A stretch of 38,502 bases of DNA, taken from assembly GCA_001724265.1 (NCBI GenBank), contig MEDY01000296.1, positions 1 through 38,502 on the forward strand, given 5' to 3'. This stretch comes from Rhizaria sp. SCN 62-66. Lineage: Eukaryota. Shown here piece by piece: positions 1 to 11,068 of this stretch (the first letter of the stretch is position 1; each line of letters opens with the position of its first letter). A model generated the notes under the pieces. That model did not search any database. It was not told the DNA's origin and was given only the letters and a program-made list of their open reading frames with translations. A program made the position numbers and the translations under genes.

Positions 1-1209
1 CGGCAGCGGCGGCGGCAGTCGTGGCGGCAATGCGGGCCTTGAGGGCTTCGGCCTCAGCGTCCTGGTGGGGCGGGAGAAACAAAAGTAGAGTCAGAAAATG
101 AGTGACAATTGCATGATGTGAAGCGGTTTTGCTATAATTTGGATAGATAAAACGATTTCATTTCAAATACCAGAAATTACATATAATAATGTCATATTTG
201 CATTTATATCAGCTCATACCTGTTTGAGCGAGTACCGCATGTAGTCAGTATTGCTCAGCGCCAGCGCAGTCGGCGTCGACAGCCGGCCGCGGCCGCCGAT
301 CGAGCCCGCAGCGGTCGGCCGCGCCGCCGCTGCCGCAGCCGCGCGCGGCACCACCACGGGGTTGACTTGCACCTTGATGCTGCTCGCCCGGAACTTCGGG
401 TTGACGACCGCATTGTTCGGATTGGTATTGAGGTGGTTGCTGTTGGTCAGGCGCGCCGTCTCCCACGGGTCCCGCGCCGCCATGAGGCGCAGCGGCGCCC
501 AGAGCACGCCCGCAACCTCGCGCGCGTCCAGCGCCAGCGGCGGCGTCGCGGGGCACAGCTGCAGGAACACAAAGGTGCCCACGGTCAGCGGCTTGACTTG
601 TTTGTGCGGGTCGATGTCGCGGTCGGGCAGGCGGCCGATCAGCGCAAACAGCGGCACGGCCGCCCCGGGCACCGCTGGCTGCGGGCACCCCCGCTGCTCC
701 TGGCTCTGGCTCGGGATCGGGATCGGGCTCTCACTCAGCTCCTGCTGCCGCAGCTGCAGCGCGCGCGCTGCGTCCGTGACGGCGGCCGCAGCGGGCGCAG
801 TGAGCGCCGTGGTGGGCGTGGCGAGCGGTCCTAGCGCCAGTCCTACCTCCTCGGAGACCTCGCGCACGGCCGTAGCCAGCGGCGGCTCCAGGCCGTCACG
901 GCGGCCGCCGGGGAAGGCAACTTGGCCAGACCACCTGTCGTAGGAAAGAAGACGAGGAAAATAACAAAAGTGGGTTTGAAACGGATGATGATGCACAATA
1001 GTTCTCACGTTCAGAAAGCTTTGTAGAATACACTCTCAAGTGAGAATTTTTTTAAGAGATATATGCGGAACTGCGTACCTGTCCTTGGGGTTCGTGGAGC
1101 GTTTCATGTAGAGCACCTCGGTCTGGCCAGTCCGGACCCAGTCCTGGGCCAGCCACGCCTCGACGTCCAGCAGCGGCGCACCGGCAAAGGCGTACCGCTG
1201 CGCGCCAAG

Positions 1210-1243
<34 letters not shown>

Positions 1244-1880
1244 TCGGCAGGGTCAGCGGCAGGCGCGGCTGCGGGGTCCGAAGCCGAAGCTGACGATGAC
1301 GACTGCGCCTGCGCCCGTGAAGACGCAGGGAGCTCGGCTGCAGTGGCGAAGGTAATGCCGGGCACGCACAGGTTAGCGGGGCTCGCAGGCAGCGCCACCG
1401 CCGCAGCAACGGCCCCAGCCATAACACCAAGACACGGTGCACTTACACTCGCACTACTCGCGGCCGCTGCTGTCGCGGCTGCGAGCGCTTCGGCAGGGCT
1501 AGGCAGCAGAAAGGGGCGCACGGCGGCAACCGCGGCAGCATGTGCGGCGGCAGAGGGCGTGAGCGTGAGCGCGAAAGGGTCGACGGCGGGGCGCACGCGC
1601 ACGACGATGGCGACGGAGGCGCGCTTGGAGCGGGTCGACGAGTAGGGCTCCGCCACGTGCTGTGCAGTGCGGAGATTGATCACACGTAAAACAAGAAGAG
1701 AAGATATTATGTTTGATCAAGTGTCATTGACAACAGGGCAAAGTCATGCTTAGACCCGGAAAGATTGTGATTCTGGAGAACGAAAAACTGCGAGATGTCG
1801 AAGAAGAGTTTGATTGAACGTACGGGAAGATGAAACAGACGGCGCAGCAGCGCCAAATGTTCTTCGTCCGACGTTGCCAT
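1..1880 (-). CDS. Nudix hydrolase, CoA-diphosphatase-like (PCD1/NUDT7/NUDT8 type); 3' end runs off the window
   Basis: Exons 1880-1824, 1659-1079, 934-220 and 61-<1, joined in frame by GT-AG introns 1823-1660, 1078-935 and 219-62. The spliced product has VLYMKRSTNPKDRWSGQVAFPGGRRDGLEPPLATAVREVSEEVGL, i.e. a Nudix box GX5EX7REUXEEXGU preceded by the SGQVAFPGG motif typical of CoA pyrophosphatases. Confidence 0.85.
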
Positions 1881-2429
1881 CGCGGGCAAGGTTGACGAAC
1901 TAGTTTACTAGCTAGATAAGTTGGTCGGTAGTGTCAGACTAAATATGTAAAAGCGCTAGATTGATGAGACTCTGGTGTTTGTGAAGCGAAGGGTCACAGT
2001 GGGCGAGCAGTGGATTAGTGATGTGAATCAAGCAGATAAACGGGACTTAACATACAAATAATAATAGAATAAAGACTAGTATTAAGGAATACACTTATTA
2101 GCAACGTGCTGCAGCTACAGACGATCAGGAAATGGTAGATATCTATGTTTGAAAGCGCGGGACTCGACTTGTGGCTGGACATGGCTCATCATGGCGCTTT
2201 AAGTCGACGCAACATTTTCATCATCACAGCGTCATAATGACCGTCGCTAGCGACATAGATACTTAATTACAGTATTGTGATGTTGTTTGGTACTTCTTCT
2301 TCTTTATAGCACCTCTAAAAATTCGTTTATCTTTCCGTATCGACCTGCTCCTCCCGGCACACCTCCTCGTGCTTCATCCAGCAACTACACACTTTCCGCG
2401 CTGTCCCGCGCCCTCACCCGTCTGCCTCA
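1881..2429. promoter_or_regulatory. Divergent (head-to-head) intergenic/promoter region between the Nudix and USP genes
   Basis: AT-rich 549-bp spacer between ATG 1880 (-) and ATG 2430 (+). Inferred from gene orientation only; no specific motif identified. Confidence 0.45.
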
Positions 2430-3265
2430 ATGGGCAACACTTTCTCCGGATCCCCGGATCCCCCGCGCGCTCCCCCGGTGCCGCAGCCCCCGCCCGTGAT
2501 CCCGCTCGCCGTCCCGCCCGGGCACAGCGCCCCCGGCGGCCGCGGCGGCCCGCGCGTGCAGCCCTACGTTGCAGCAGGCCAGTACAACCAGTTTACCCCC
2601 GCCGGCCAGTACAACCAGTATAGCCAGTACAACCCCGGCGACGACGCGCACCGTCGCAACGCAGCCGCGCGGCAGCAGACGCAGCAACAGCAGCAGCAGC
2701 AGCTGCTGCAGCCGCAGCGCCCGATGCAGCCGCAGCAGCAGGCCGAGTACGAGCAGCAGCTGCAGCGGCAGCGGTTTGAGCAGGTGCAGTACGAGGAGTA
2801 CATGCACTACAAGAAGGCCGCGGCCGCGCAGACCACGGCCGCGCAGACTACACCTGTAGATGCAGCTGCCACGGCAGCCGGGTCCGCAGGGCCGCCGAAG
2901 AACCGGGGCCCAAACAACAGCGCCGGCGACACGACCTCGAGCGTTGCGAGCGCGCGCGGCGGCGACCCTCGGGGCAGTGGCGGCGAGCCCGCGACCGCGC
3001 CTGCGCCCGCGTCCATGACCGCCTCGGCGCCCGCGCCCGCGCTGGGCAGACTCGTCGCGACGGGCCCGACGGCGATGGGCTCGTACGACCACAACGCGTG
3101 CTACCAAAACAACGAGCATTATAACAGCATTGCCAACGCGGGCAGCGACTTCTCCCTCGACTCCTACAGCGCGCACACGAACGGCGCCGACGACGGATAC
3201 TACGCCGAAGCCGCTCGCGCCGAGAGGCAGCAGAACGAGTGGGACCGTTGGTACGACTACGACCC

Positions 3266-3296
<31 letters not shown>

Positions 3297-6200
3297 CAGT
3301 TTGTGCAGCCACAATACACGCAGCAGTATACGCCGCAGCAACAGCAACAGCAGCAGCAGTACCAACAGCAGCAATACCAACAGCAGCGACAGGGACAGGG
3401 ATACGCGCCCGAGCCGGGGCGGCACCAGCTCCAGGGGCAGCATTTCTCGCAGCAGCAGCACCAGACCGCCATCATGCGCGCCGCCGCTGTCGAGTCTCTC
3501 CGCTACACCGACAACAACAACAGCGGCAGCGGCGGTGGCAACAACGCTGCCGAGCCGATGCGCCGCAACAGCGCCGCGATGAGCGCGGGTGCGGGCGCGG
3601 GCGCTACCACCAGCAGCGGCAGCAGCGTTAGCGGAGGCCCGGTGCCGAAGGGGCTGTTCAACGCGGCCGGCCTGCATCACTGCTACATCAACGTGTGCCT
3701 GCAGCTGCTGTGGCACCTGCCCGAGTTCCGCGAGCCCTTTTTTGCGCTCGCCGCCTCGCATCGGTGCGGCAACAGAGCCAGAGCCAGTGCCAGCAGCGGC
3801 AGTGGCGGCGCCGGCTCGAAGGACATGCACATCACAATGCGCGACACCAGCGAGTCACCGAGCCCGAACCCCAACTTCGACGGCAGCGCCAACGCCAGCA
3901 GTGTTAGCAGCAACAGCGTCATCGACCCTAGCAGCGACGGCGGCGGCGGCAGTAGCGACGCCGAGTGCGTGTTTTGCGCGCTGCAGTCGCTCTTCTCGGC
4001 GCTGGCGTGGGCCGAGGAACCGGTCCTGCGCGTCGACAATGTGCGCCGCGCGCTCGCCGCGATTGACCCCACCGGGCTCTTCAGCTGGGGCACCATGGGC
4101 GACGCCGAGGAGGCGCTGGGCGCGATTCTCGACCGCGTTCACAGCCACGCTGTCGCCGCCGCTGCCAGTCTGGGGGCCGCGGCGACAACAGCAGCGACGC
4201 GAGACCGTGGCGGCAGCAGCGGCGGCAGCAGTGGGGGCGAGAGCGGCGCAGTGAAGGCGAGTCGCAGGAGCAGTAGCCGCATCGCGAACGCGGCTGGCAG
4301 CAACGGCGCGAGCTCAGCCATGACTGACGAATGCAACGCCGCGACCGCGACTGGGGCTGCCGCGACTACCGGGGGCCCTGTGACCGCGAACATCCTCGGT
4401 TTGTCTCCACGCTTTCTCGACTCGAAAACAGCGACGACGAGTGTGGCGACTGCGGCGACGACTGTGAGCACCGCCGCGGTGACTGTGGGCAGCGAGGTGA
4501 CCGTGGACAGCAGCGGCGCGGCGTCCTCGCTCGCGCTGAGCGTCCCTGCGAGCGGCGGCGCGCCCGTGATTACGTGCCCGACGCACAGCGCGTTCGGCGT
4601 GCGCTGGCGTGACTACCACACGTGCACCTGCAGCGTCCATTCGCTTACTCTCAGTCATGGCCACGGCCACGGTCACGATAGCGCTGCGAGAGCCGCCGGC
4701 GGGATCCCCACGGCCGCCGCTGCCGCTGGCGCCGCGGGGCGCTGCACGGCGGCCCCGGTGCCCGCGGGCCCCGCGGCGTCGGGGCTGGGGTTGATGGTTT
4801 TTGCCGACTCGCTGCTGGCCACGGCGCGCGCGCTGCGCGACGACTCGGCCGCGATGCGCGACACCGTCGAGAGCATTTCAGACGGCGTTAAGGCCGAGGC
4901 AGAGCGCGCGCGGGCGCTGCAGCACCGCGCCGCCGGCTCCCATACACCCGGTCACGCACACGCACATGCACACGCGCACGCGCACTCGTCGCAGCCGCAC
5001 CAATCTGTCGTGGCGGCTGCGGCGGCCGAGCGCGCCGCAGTCCGCGAGGCCGTGGGGCAGGTGATGGGTCCGCGCGCGGCGCGCGTGTTCGCCGCGCACG
5101 CAAGTGCGGGCGCCTTCTTCGCCGAGGCGCTGCGCAGGGCGCTTGCCGGCGAGACCGACGAGGCGCACCCAGGTACGCGATGCGCTCAGCATCTCGAACG
5201 CAAATGAATCATTGTTACTGTGAATGTATTTGTCATTTTCTTATGTTTTATTAATTCCTTATGCTTTGCTCAATTTTTTGTCTTTGCTCTCTTTGTAGGC
5301 GAGAATGCGACTCAAAACGAGTTCAAGTGCCCTTCACAGATCCGTGCAGCCGCCGCAGCCGCCGCTGCGGCCTCTACGAGCACTGCTTCAAGCGCAAGTG
5401 CCACTGCTGGCACAGCCGCCGCTTCTGGCGCTGCAGTTGGCGGCGTGATTGCGAAGGCCGTGACGATGACGCTGACGAATGAGACGCTGCAGTGGATCGT
5501 CGACACGGACCGCGAAGGTCACGGCGCTCACACTGTCAGTGCGCCCGCGTCTGCGCCCGTGCCCGCCCCCGCCCCCGCGCCCGTGGCCGTGGCGGGGCCG
5601 GGGCCTCTGTGCAGCGGCCCCGGCGAGGTGCGGCGCGTCCTGTCGCACGCGCCGCCCTGTCTGCTCATGTCCGTCGCCTGGGATGGCGTCGCGCCGCGCG
5701 AAGTGATTCACGTACGTGAATGCCACTGATTTTTGTGCGACAATTGTTACTATTCTGTATGTTGTGTTGTGATGCCTCTTATTTCTTCCAAAATCTAACA
5801 CACGTCTGTGTACCTTTTGTGTGTGTGTTTTTATTGATCGATATTGTAGGAGTTCTACCAGCTGCTCCCGCTCCGTTTCAACTTGGGCGATGCTGTGCTC
5901 TTTGCCCCAATCCCTGCTCCCGGTCACTCTACCCACGGTCAGTGCGCCGACAAAGACGACCTCTGCAGCCTCACCTCGCTCGGCTTGCCAGAGCTCCCCC
6001 TCTATGCACACCAGCAGCCGCAATCGCAACAGTCTCAGTGTCCGTATCACGGTCCCTCCGCGCCGACCACGGCGACAGCGGCGGCGGCGACAGCGGCGGC
6101 GGGGTCACAGGCCGCGAGACCGCGCGCGCAGCAGGTGCTGGCGCAGTCGGCCTCGGGCTCCGCGCTGCCGCCGCCCGCCAAGGCGCCCCGCCTCTCCACC

Positions 6201-6839
6201 CAACAGCAGCAGCAGGGCGACGGTGACGGTGACGGCGACGGCAGCGGCGATGGCGAGTGCTCGTGGCCGGGCGGCCGCTGCGCGCATGCGGCGCAGACGG
6301 GCGACGGCGGCGGCCTCGACGGCAGCAGCTACGACAGCAGCGCCACGCACGCGCTCGCACAGCCCTCCAGCGGCAACGTATACGGCAGCCCCGCGAGGCC
6401 GCTCGCGGGCGCGTGCGCGAAGGCTGCGAAGGCTGTGAAGGGCGCGGCGGCGCGGTACGAGCTAAGCGCGCTCATCTGCTACTTTGGCCGCCACTACGTC
6501 GCATTTGTGCGCGACCCCCGCCGCCGCCGCCGCGCCGCCGCCACGGCCACTGCCTCAGCCGCTGGCGCTGGCTCTGGCTCTGGCACGGCGGGTGCGCGCT
6601 GCTCGGACGACGAAGACCCCGCCGCGCGGTGTCCGCACGGCGCCGCCTGCGCCGCGCACTGCGGTGCAGATGACGCCGATGCTGACGCGGGCGAGGGTGA
6701 GGGCGAGGGCGAGTGGGTGCAGCTCAACGACAAGGCGGTGCGACCGGTGGGTCAGTGGCGCGAGCTCGTCGATCTCTGCTTGCTGGGCAGGTACCAGCCC
6801 ACGGTCGTATGCTTCACGAAGGTCAACAGTGCCGAGTGA
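2430..6839 (+). CDS. Ubiquitin-specific protease, USP53/USP54-like (about 1381 aa)
   Basis: Exons 2430-5172, 5299-5711 and 5850-6839, with introns 5173-5298 (GTACGC..TAG) and 5712-5849 (GTACGT..TAG), all in frame; stop TGA. Cys box KGLFNAAGLHHCYINVCLQLLWHLPEFR, CVFCALQSLF, MGDAEEALGAILDRVH, His box YELSALICYFGRHYVAF and terminal WVQLNDKAVRPVGQWRELVDLCLLGRYQP resemble the USP53/54 subfamily. Starts MGNTFS. Confidence 0.85.
3267..3386 (+). repeat. Coding CAG/CAA polyglutamine tract in the USP N-terminal region
   Basis: Runs of CAG with interspersed CAA encoding QQQQQQQQQQQFVQPQYTQQYTPQQQQQQQQYQQQQYQQQ. Confidence 0.9.
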
Positions 6840-7317
6840 TCGTGAGCTGAAACAGGAAGTTAGACGTAATCTTAAGAAAATTGGTCAAAAGCATGCATAC
6901 TACTGGATGTTGTCAGTGCGATTATTAATAAAAAGCAATGTTTCATGATTGAACGCATTATTTAGACCTCTTGATAATACAGTATTATTACTCTTCTTTC
7001 TGGGAACACTGGAATCTCTGCGCCATTGTCAACGTGAATTCGCCGATGCATCTGCGCGTATCCACCTTATATCGAACGTTCATCAAAGATGCTCGTTTTT
7101 GTACATTATGTACGGTACGTGTATTGTATTAATGTGAAGAACACGTTTGTGTGGGAAAATCTAGTAACGCAGATCGTATCGTTGCAATTCCCAAATTTGA
7201 AAAGATATGGACAGATTTCACTAATTAGCAAAGAACTACATGTAACTAACTCGTAGTATTCAATAATAAATGTGTCATTAACTTTAACAGTCGCAATAAG
7301 CTCCAAGCACTCGCATG

Positions 7318-9834
7318 TCAGCCCCCGACGACGACGGAGGCCGCGGTCTCGCAGACCCAGGTCCCGGCCTTAATCATCTCCACGCAGCCCGTCACGCCGC
7401 GGTCCCACGCCAGCGGTGCGAGCACCACGCACGCGTGCCAGAGCCCGTGCGAGGAAACGCCGAAGTCGAAGGTGTTGGGGTAGTAGCGCTCAGGGAACTT
7501 TGTCAGCCAGAAGCCGAAACCGAGCGCGTAGAGCGCGAGGGCGACAAGCTGCAGCGGGAAGAACGCCGCGACCTGCTCCGGCGACGCGAAGGACACGAAG
7601 TGCGCCGTGGGGATGATGCAGAAGGAAGCCGCCAGCAGCGTAAGCCCAATGCGCAGCGTGAACCAACGCGGCGCGAGCAGCGCGCGACAGTTCTGCGCGA
7701 TCAGCGGTAGCGCGTTGACGACCGTGGTGGCGATGAGGTACGCGCGCTGCAGCGCGGGGCGGCACTCGAACGCGACGACGATGCCCGGCAGGAAGGAGCC
7801 GTAGACCATGAGACACACGCCGGTCATGTCGAGCCGGTAGAGCAGCAGCTGGACCTGGAGCGAGATGCAGCCGAAGAGGTGGTACGCGGCCGACAGCAGC
7901 ATGCAGATCATGACGCCGCCGTAGAAGCACGCGAACGACACCTGCAGCGCTGGGCTGGCGTCAAAGAGCAGCGTCTCCCAGCGGAACCACGCGAGCGCGG
8001 CGAAGAAGAAGAAGCCGCCGATATGTGTCCACACGTTGCACGTCTCGTTGTGGAGCGCACAGAGCGAGAGCACGCAGTCGCGCGGTGTGTAGTTAAGCCG
8101 GTAGCCCGTGTTAAGGTACTGCGCGCGCATCCACAGCGGCGCGGCGTGCACGTCGCCCAGCCGCGCCGGCCCGCCGCACGCGACGGTCTTGCCACCCTCG
8201 CAGAGCCCACCGTGTGGGGAACCGCAGAAGCCGCTGCACTCGGCGCTCTGCTGGTGCTGCAGCGAATGTTGGTGCTGAAGAGAGTGGCTGTGCGCGTGCA
8301 CGCGCAGCGCCTTGGCGCCCAGCGCGGCGGCGGCGCTCGCGGCGCTCCTGTTTGGGCAGGCACAGCGACTGGGGTCGATGCAAGCCGCCGCAGGGTGCCC
8401 GTCGCAGTCGCTCGCGCTGCAAGGCACGAGCCCGCCGCCAGCGAAGTGGCTGTGCGCGCAGACGCCGCCCGCGGCCACGGAGCTGTGCTTCGAGAGCCGG
8501 CCAAGCTCAACGTCGCCGGCGCCGCCGCTGCCGTCGCCGTCGCTGCCGTCGCCGAGGCCGCCGCCGCTAGTAACGGCGGCCGCGATGCCAGAGCCGGTGT
8601 TGGTGCGCCGCAGCGGACCGCCGTAGTCGCCGCTGCCGCCGGCCGCCGCGGCGGTGGCGGAGACGGCGTGGCGGTGCCGCGGCACGTGGTCCAGCCCCTG
8701 CTGCTGCAGCTGTTGGTCAGACTGCGAGTGGGCGTGCGGGTGACCGTGGGCGTGGTGGTGGTGGCCGGGTCCCGCAGCGGCCTCGATGTTCTCCAGCTGC
8801 TGCGCGAGCGCGAAGACCTGCGCGGCGCGCGAGGCCGGCTTGGGCAGGTATGGCTGCGCGGGGTTGGTCGAGTAGAGCAGCGTGCCGCGCGCGGGCGGCA
8901 GCGGCAGGAACGTGGCCTGCGGCGACGCCACGGCCGCGAGCGCGTCCAGCTCCGATTGCAGGCGCAGGCGCAGCGCCGCCGTCACGCACGGGTCGTCGCA
9001 GTCGGTGCAGGCCGCCACATGAGCGATGTCCGCCGCCGAGACCGCCGAGACGGCCGATGCCGCGGAGCCGGCCAAGACACCGGTCGCGGCTCTATCGCTG
9101 GCGCTGACCGCCTGACTGTGACTGCTGCTGCTGGTGGTGGGAAGTGAGAGGGACAGTGATGAGAGTGAGCTCGCGTTTGCGCTCGAACTGCTGCTGCTGT
9201 TGATGTGACTGATAGGGTTGCGGGGCAGCGGGGCGGAGGCGGAGGCCGGCAGGCTCGGCAGCGTCAGCGCCGAAGCAGACTGCAGCGACGACAACGAAGA
9301 CGACGACGGCATGACGCTGGCGTGAGCGCTGCTATTGCCACTGCTGTTGCCGCTGCAGTTGCTCATATGCATAATGTTGGTGGAGAAGGCGGAGGGAACA
9401 GGGCTGGCGAGCGGGCCCAGCTCGGCCATGCACGCGCGCGACCCGCCCACAACAACGCCGGCGCCAACAGCAGCGCCAGCAGCGGCGCCGGCGCCCGAGA
9501 GCAGCTGTGCGCGCTCGCCCCGATCGCCTGCGTCGGCCTCGGGCTCGGGCTCGGTGGGGTCGGAGGAGTCGGCGCGGTAGTGGCGAGTGAAGGCCAGCGA
9601 CGACGCCGCGGCCGCGGAGATCGTCGACGACGCCTCGGGATCGGAATCGTAGTCACGCGCACTGGCGCCAGGCGCGGTGGTGCTCGTGCTGGCGCTGGAG
9701 GCCGAGGGCTTTGAGGAGAATGATGCTGTTGAGGCGGCGTTTGCAGTATGAGTGCGGGGCCCGGTCTGGGAGGCCCCATCTGCGGTGGACGATGGGATAG
9801 ACGTCCATCCAGCAAGGCGACGCACGACGTCCAT
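7318..9834 (-). CDS. PAQR / adiponectin-receptor-like (hemolysin III family) membrane protein (about 838 aa)
   Basis: Single exon from ATG 9834 (MDVVRRL) to TGA 7318. C-terminal region has YLNTGYR, HNETCNVWTH, SAAYHLF, RLDMTG, KFPERYYP..FD and SHGLWH, with multiple hydrophobic helices. Confidence 0.9.
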   Translation of the reverse strand: MDVVRRLAGWTSIPSSTADGASQTGPRTHTANAASTASFSSKPSASSASTSTTAPGASARDYDSDPEASSTISAAAASSLAFTRHYRADSSDPTEPEPEADAGDRGERAQLLSGAGAAAGAAVGAGVVVGGSRACMAELGPLASPVPSAFSTNIMHMSNCSGNSSGNSSAHASVMPSSSSLSSLQSASALTLPSLPASASAPLPRNPISHINSSSSSSANASSLSSLSLSLPTTSSSSHSQAVSASDRAATGVLAGSAASAVSAVSAADIAHVAACTDCDDPCVTAALRLRLQSELDALAAVASPQATFLPLPPARGTLLYSTNPAQPYLPKPASRAAQVFALAQQLENIEAAAGPGHHHHAHGHPHAHSQSDQQLQQQGLDHVPRHRHAVSATAAAAGGSGDYGGPLRRTNTGSGIAAAVTSGGGLGDGSDGDGSGGAGDVELGRLSKHSSVAAGGVCAHSHFAGGGLVPCSASDCDGHPAAACIDPSRCACPNRSAASAAAALGAKALRVHAHSHSLQHQHSLQHQQSAECSGFCGSPHGGLCEGGKTVACGGPARLGDVHAAPLWMRAQYLNTGYRLNYTPRDCVLSLCALHNETCNVWTHIGGFFFFAALAWFRWETLLFDASPALQVSFACFYGGVMICMLLSAAYHLFGCISLQVQLLLYRLDMTGVCLMVYGSFLPGIVVAFECRPALQRAYLIATTVVNALPLIAQNCRALLAPRWFTLRIGLTLLAASFCIIPTAHFVSFASPEQVAAFFPLQLVALALYALGFGFWLTKFPERYYPNTFDFGVSSHGLWHACVVLAPLAWDRGVTGCVEMIKAGTWVCETAASVVVGG

Positions 9835-10314
9835 CGGGGCGCGGCGGCAGGCGCGAGCGAAACGCGCTGGAAAGAGAAAAAAAGTTTTGCGCGAGGCAAA
9901 CGCGAAGGCGGCAAGGAGAGTGGAAGGCCGAAGGAGGGGGAGGCGACAAAAGCCTCTTCTGAGTATCGAAGTAGAACAAAAAACGCGCAAGGATGATATA
10001 AAAAGAGACAAAGTGATAGGTACAGGTGAGCAGACTCAGCCTCAGGGAATTTCGAAGGAAATTACCGCAATTAGGAGGCATGCAAAGAGCTGTCTCACTG
10101 CGCAGCTCAGAATGTCATTTTCGAACGATAACTTGGCGCATGAAAACAGTGCCACTTCAAATTTGAATTGAGGTTAATATAGAGAAGTTGGATGACTCAT
10201 CAAATATGACACCTCTATTTAATATGACGTTGAAATTACTTTGTATAACTCTATTCCGTTTCCGGCAATTTGACCCCTCTCGCGGCTCATCAGTGAAGGT
10301 CGTCACGTAAAGCT

Positions 10315-10338
10315 TACCATGGTTACTACCATGGTTAC
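10315..10338. repeat. Perfect 12-bp tandem duplication TACCATGGTTAC x2 with palindromic core
   Basis: TACCATGGTTAC at 10315-10326 and 10327-10338; related palindrome TACCATGGTA at 10904-10913. Confidence 0.8.
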
Positions 10339-11068
10339 GGTTGGGCAAGCCTACCTCAGAGTGCTGGAACCATGGAGAGCCGCAAGTATGAGCAAAAAGA
10401 TTAAGCTTCAATAATCGTTGAATAATATAAACCACATGGTGTGACTATAGAAATTAGCACAAGAAACTGTTGTCGAGATATTGCCTCGGCAAACCGCTCG
10501 CAACATGCGCGTACATGTGATTGTGCTCTTCAACGTGGACAAGTAACTGCGTGTACGAAAAAAAAGAACTCAATCGATACCTTGAGTCGTTCGGTACACC
10601 TTTATTAAGATACAAATGTTTGTTGCATGATCTTCAAAGTTATTAACAAACATTCTGTATCAACGGCTTCATCGCAAAAATCGGTGATATACGTAGAAGA
10701 CTTCCGGTTGTTTTTGTGGAGCTTCGGGAGCGGATATGCACTTCAAATAGAAAGTTGTATAAAACAGTTAAAGCTAACCTTGTGACACACATCTGGAATC
10801 GACAAGACAAACTCGCGCATCATCGCCCATCGCTGCCGCAGCCACAGCCGGTGTAGCGACAGCTGAAAGAGGGAACGACGACGCGCGTGATAGCGCGTGG
10901 TCTTACCATGGTACTCACGTGTACGTCGTACATCCTTAACATAACCAAACATTAAAAGGAACTATTTTAAACAAGCATTTAACTCATGGAGTTCACTCTC
11001 ATGGAGTTAACTCTTCTTCTTTAGGAGCGCAGCGAAACGACCACGCTTCCGGTATGCCTCCGCAATGA

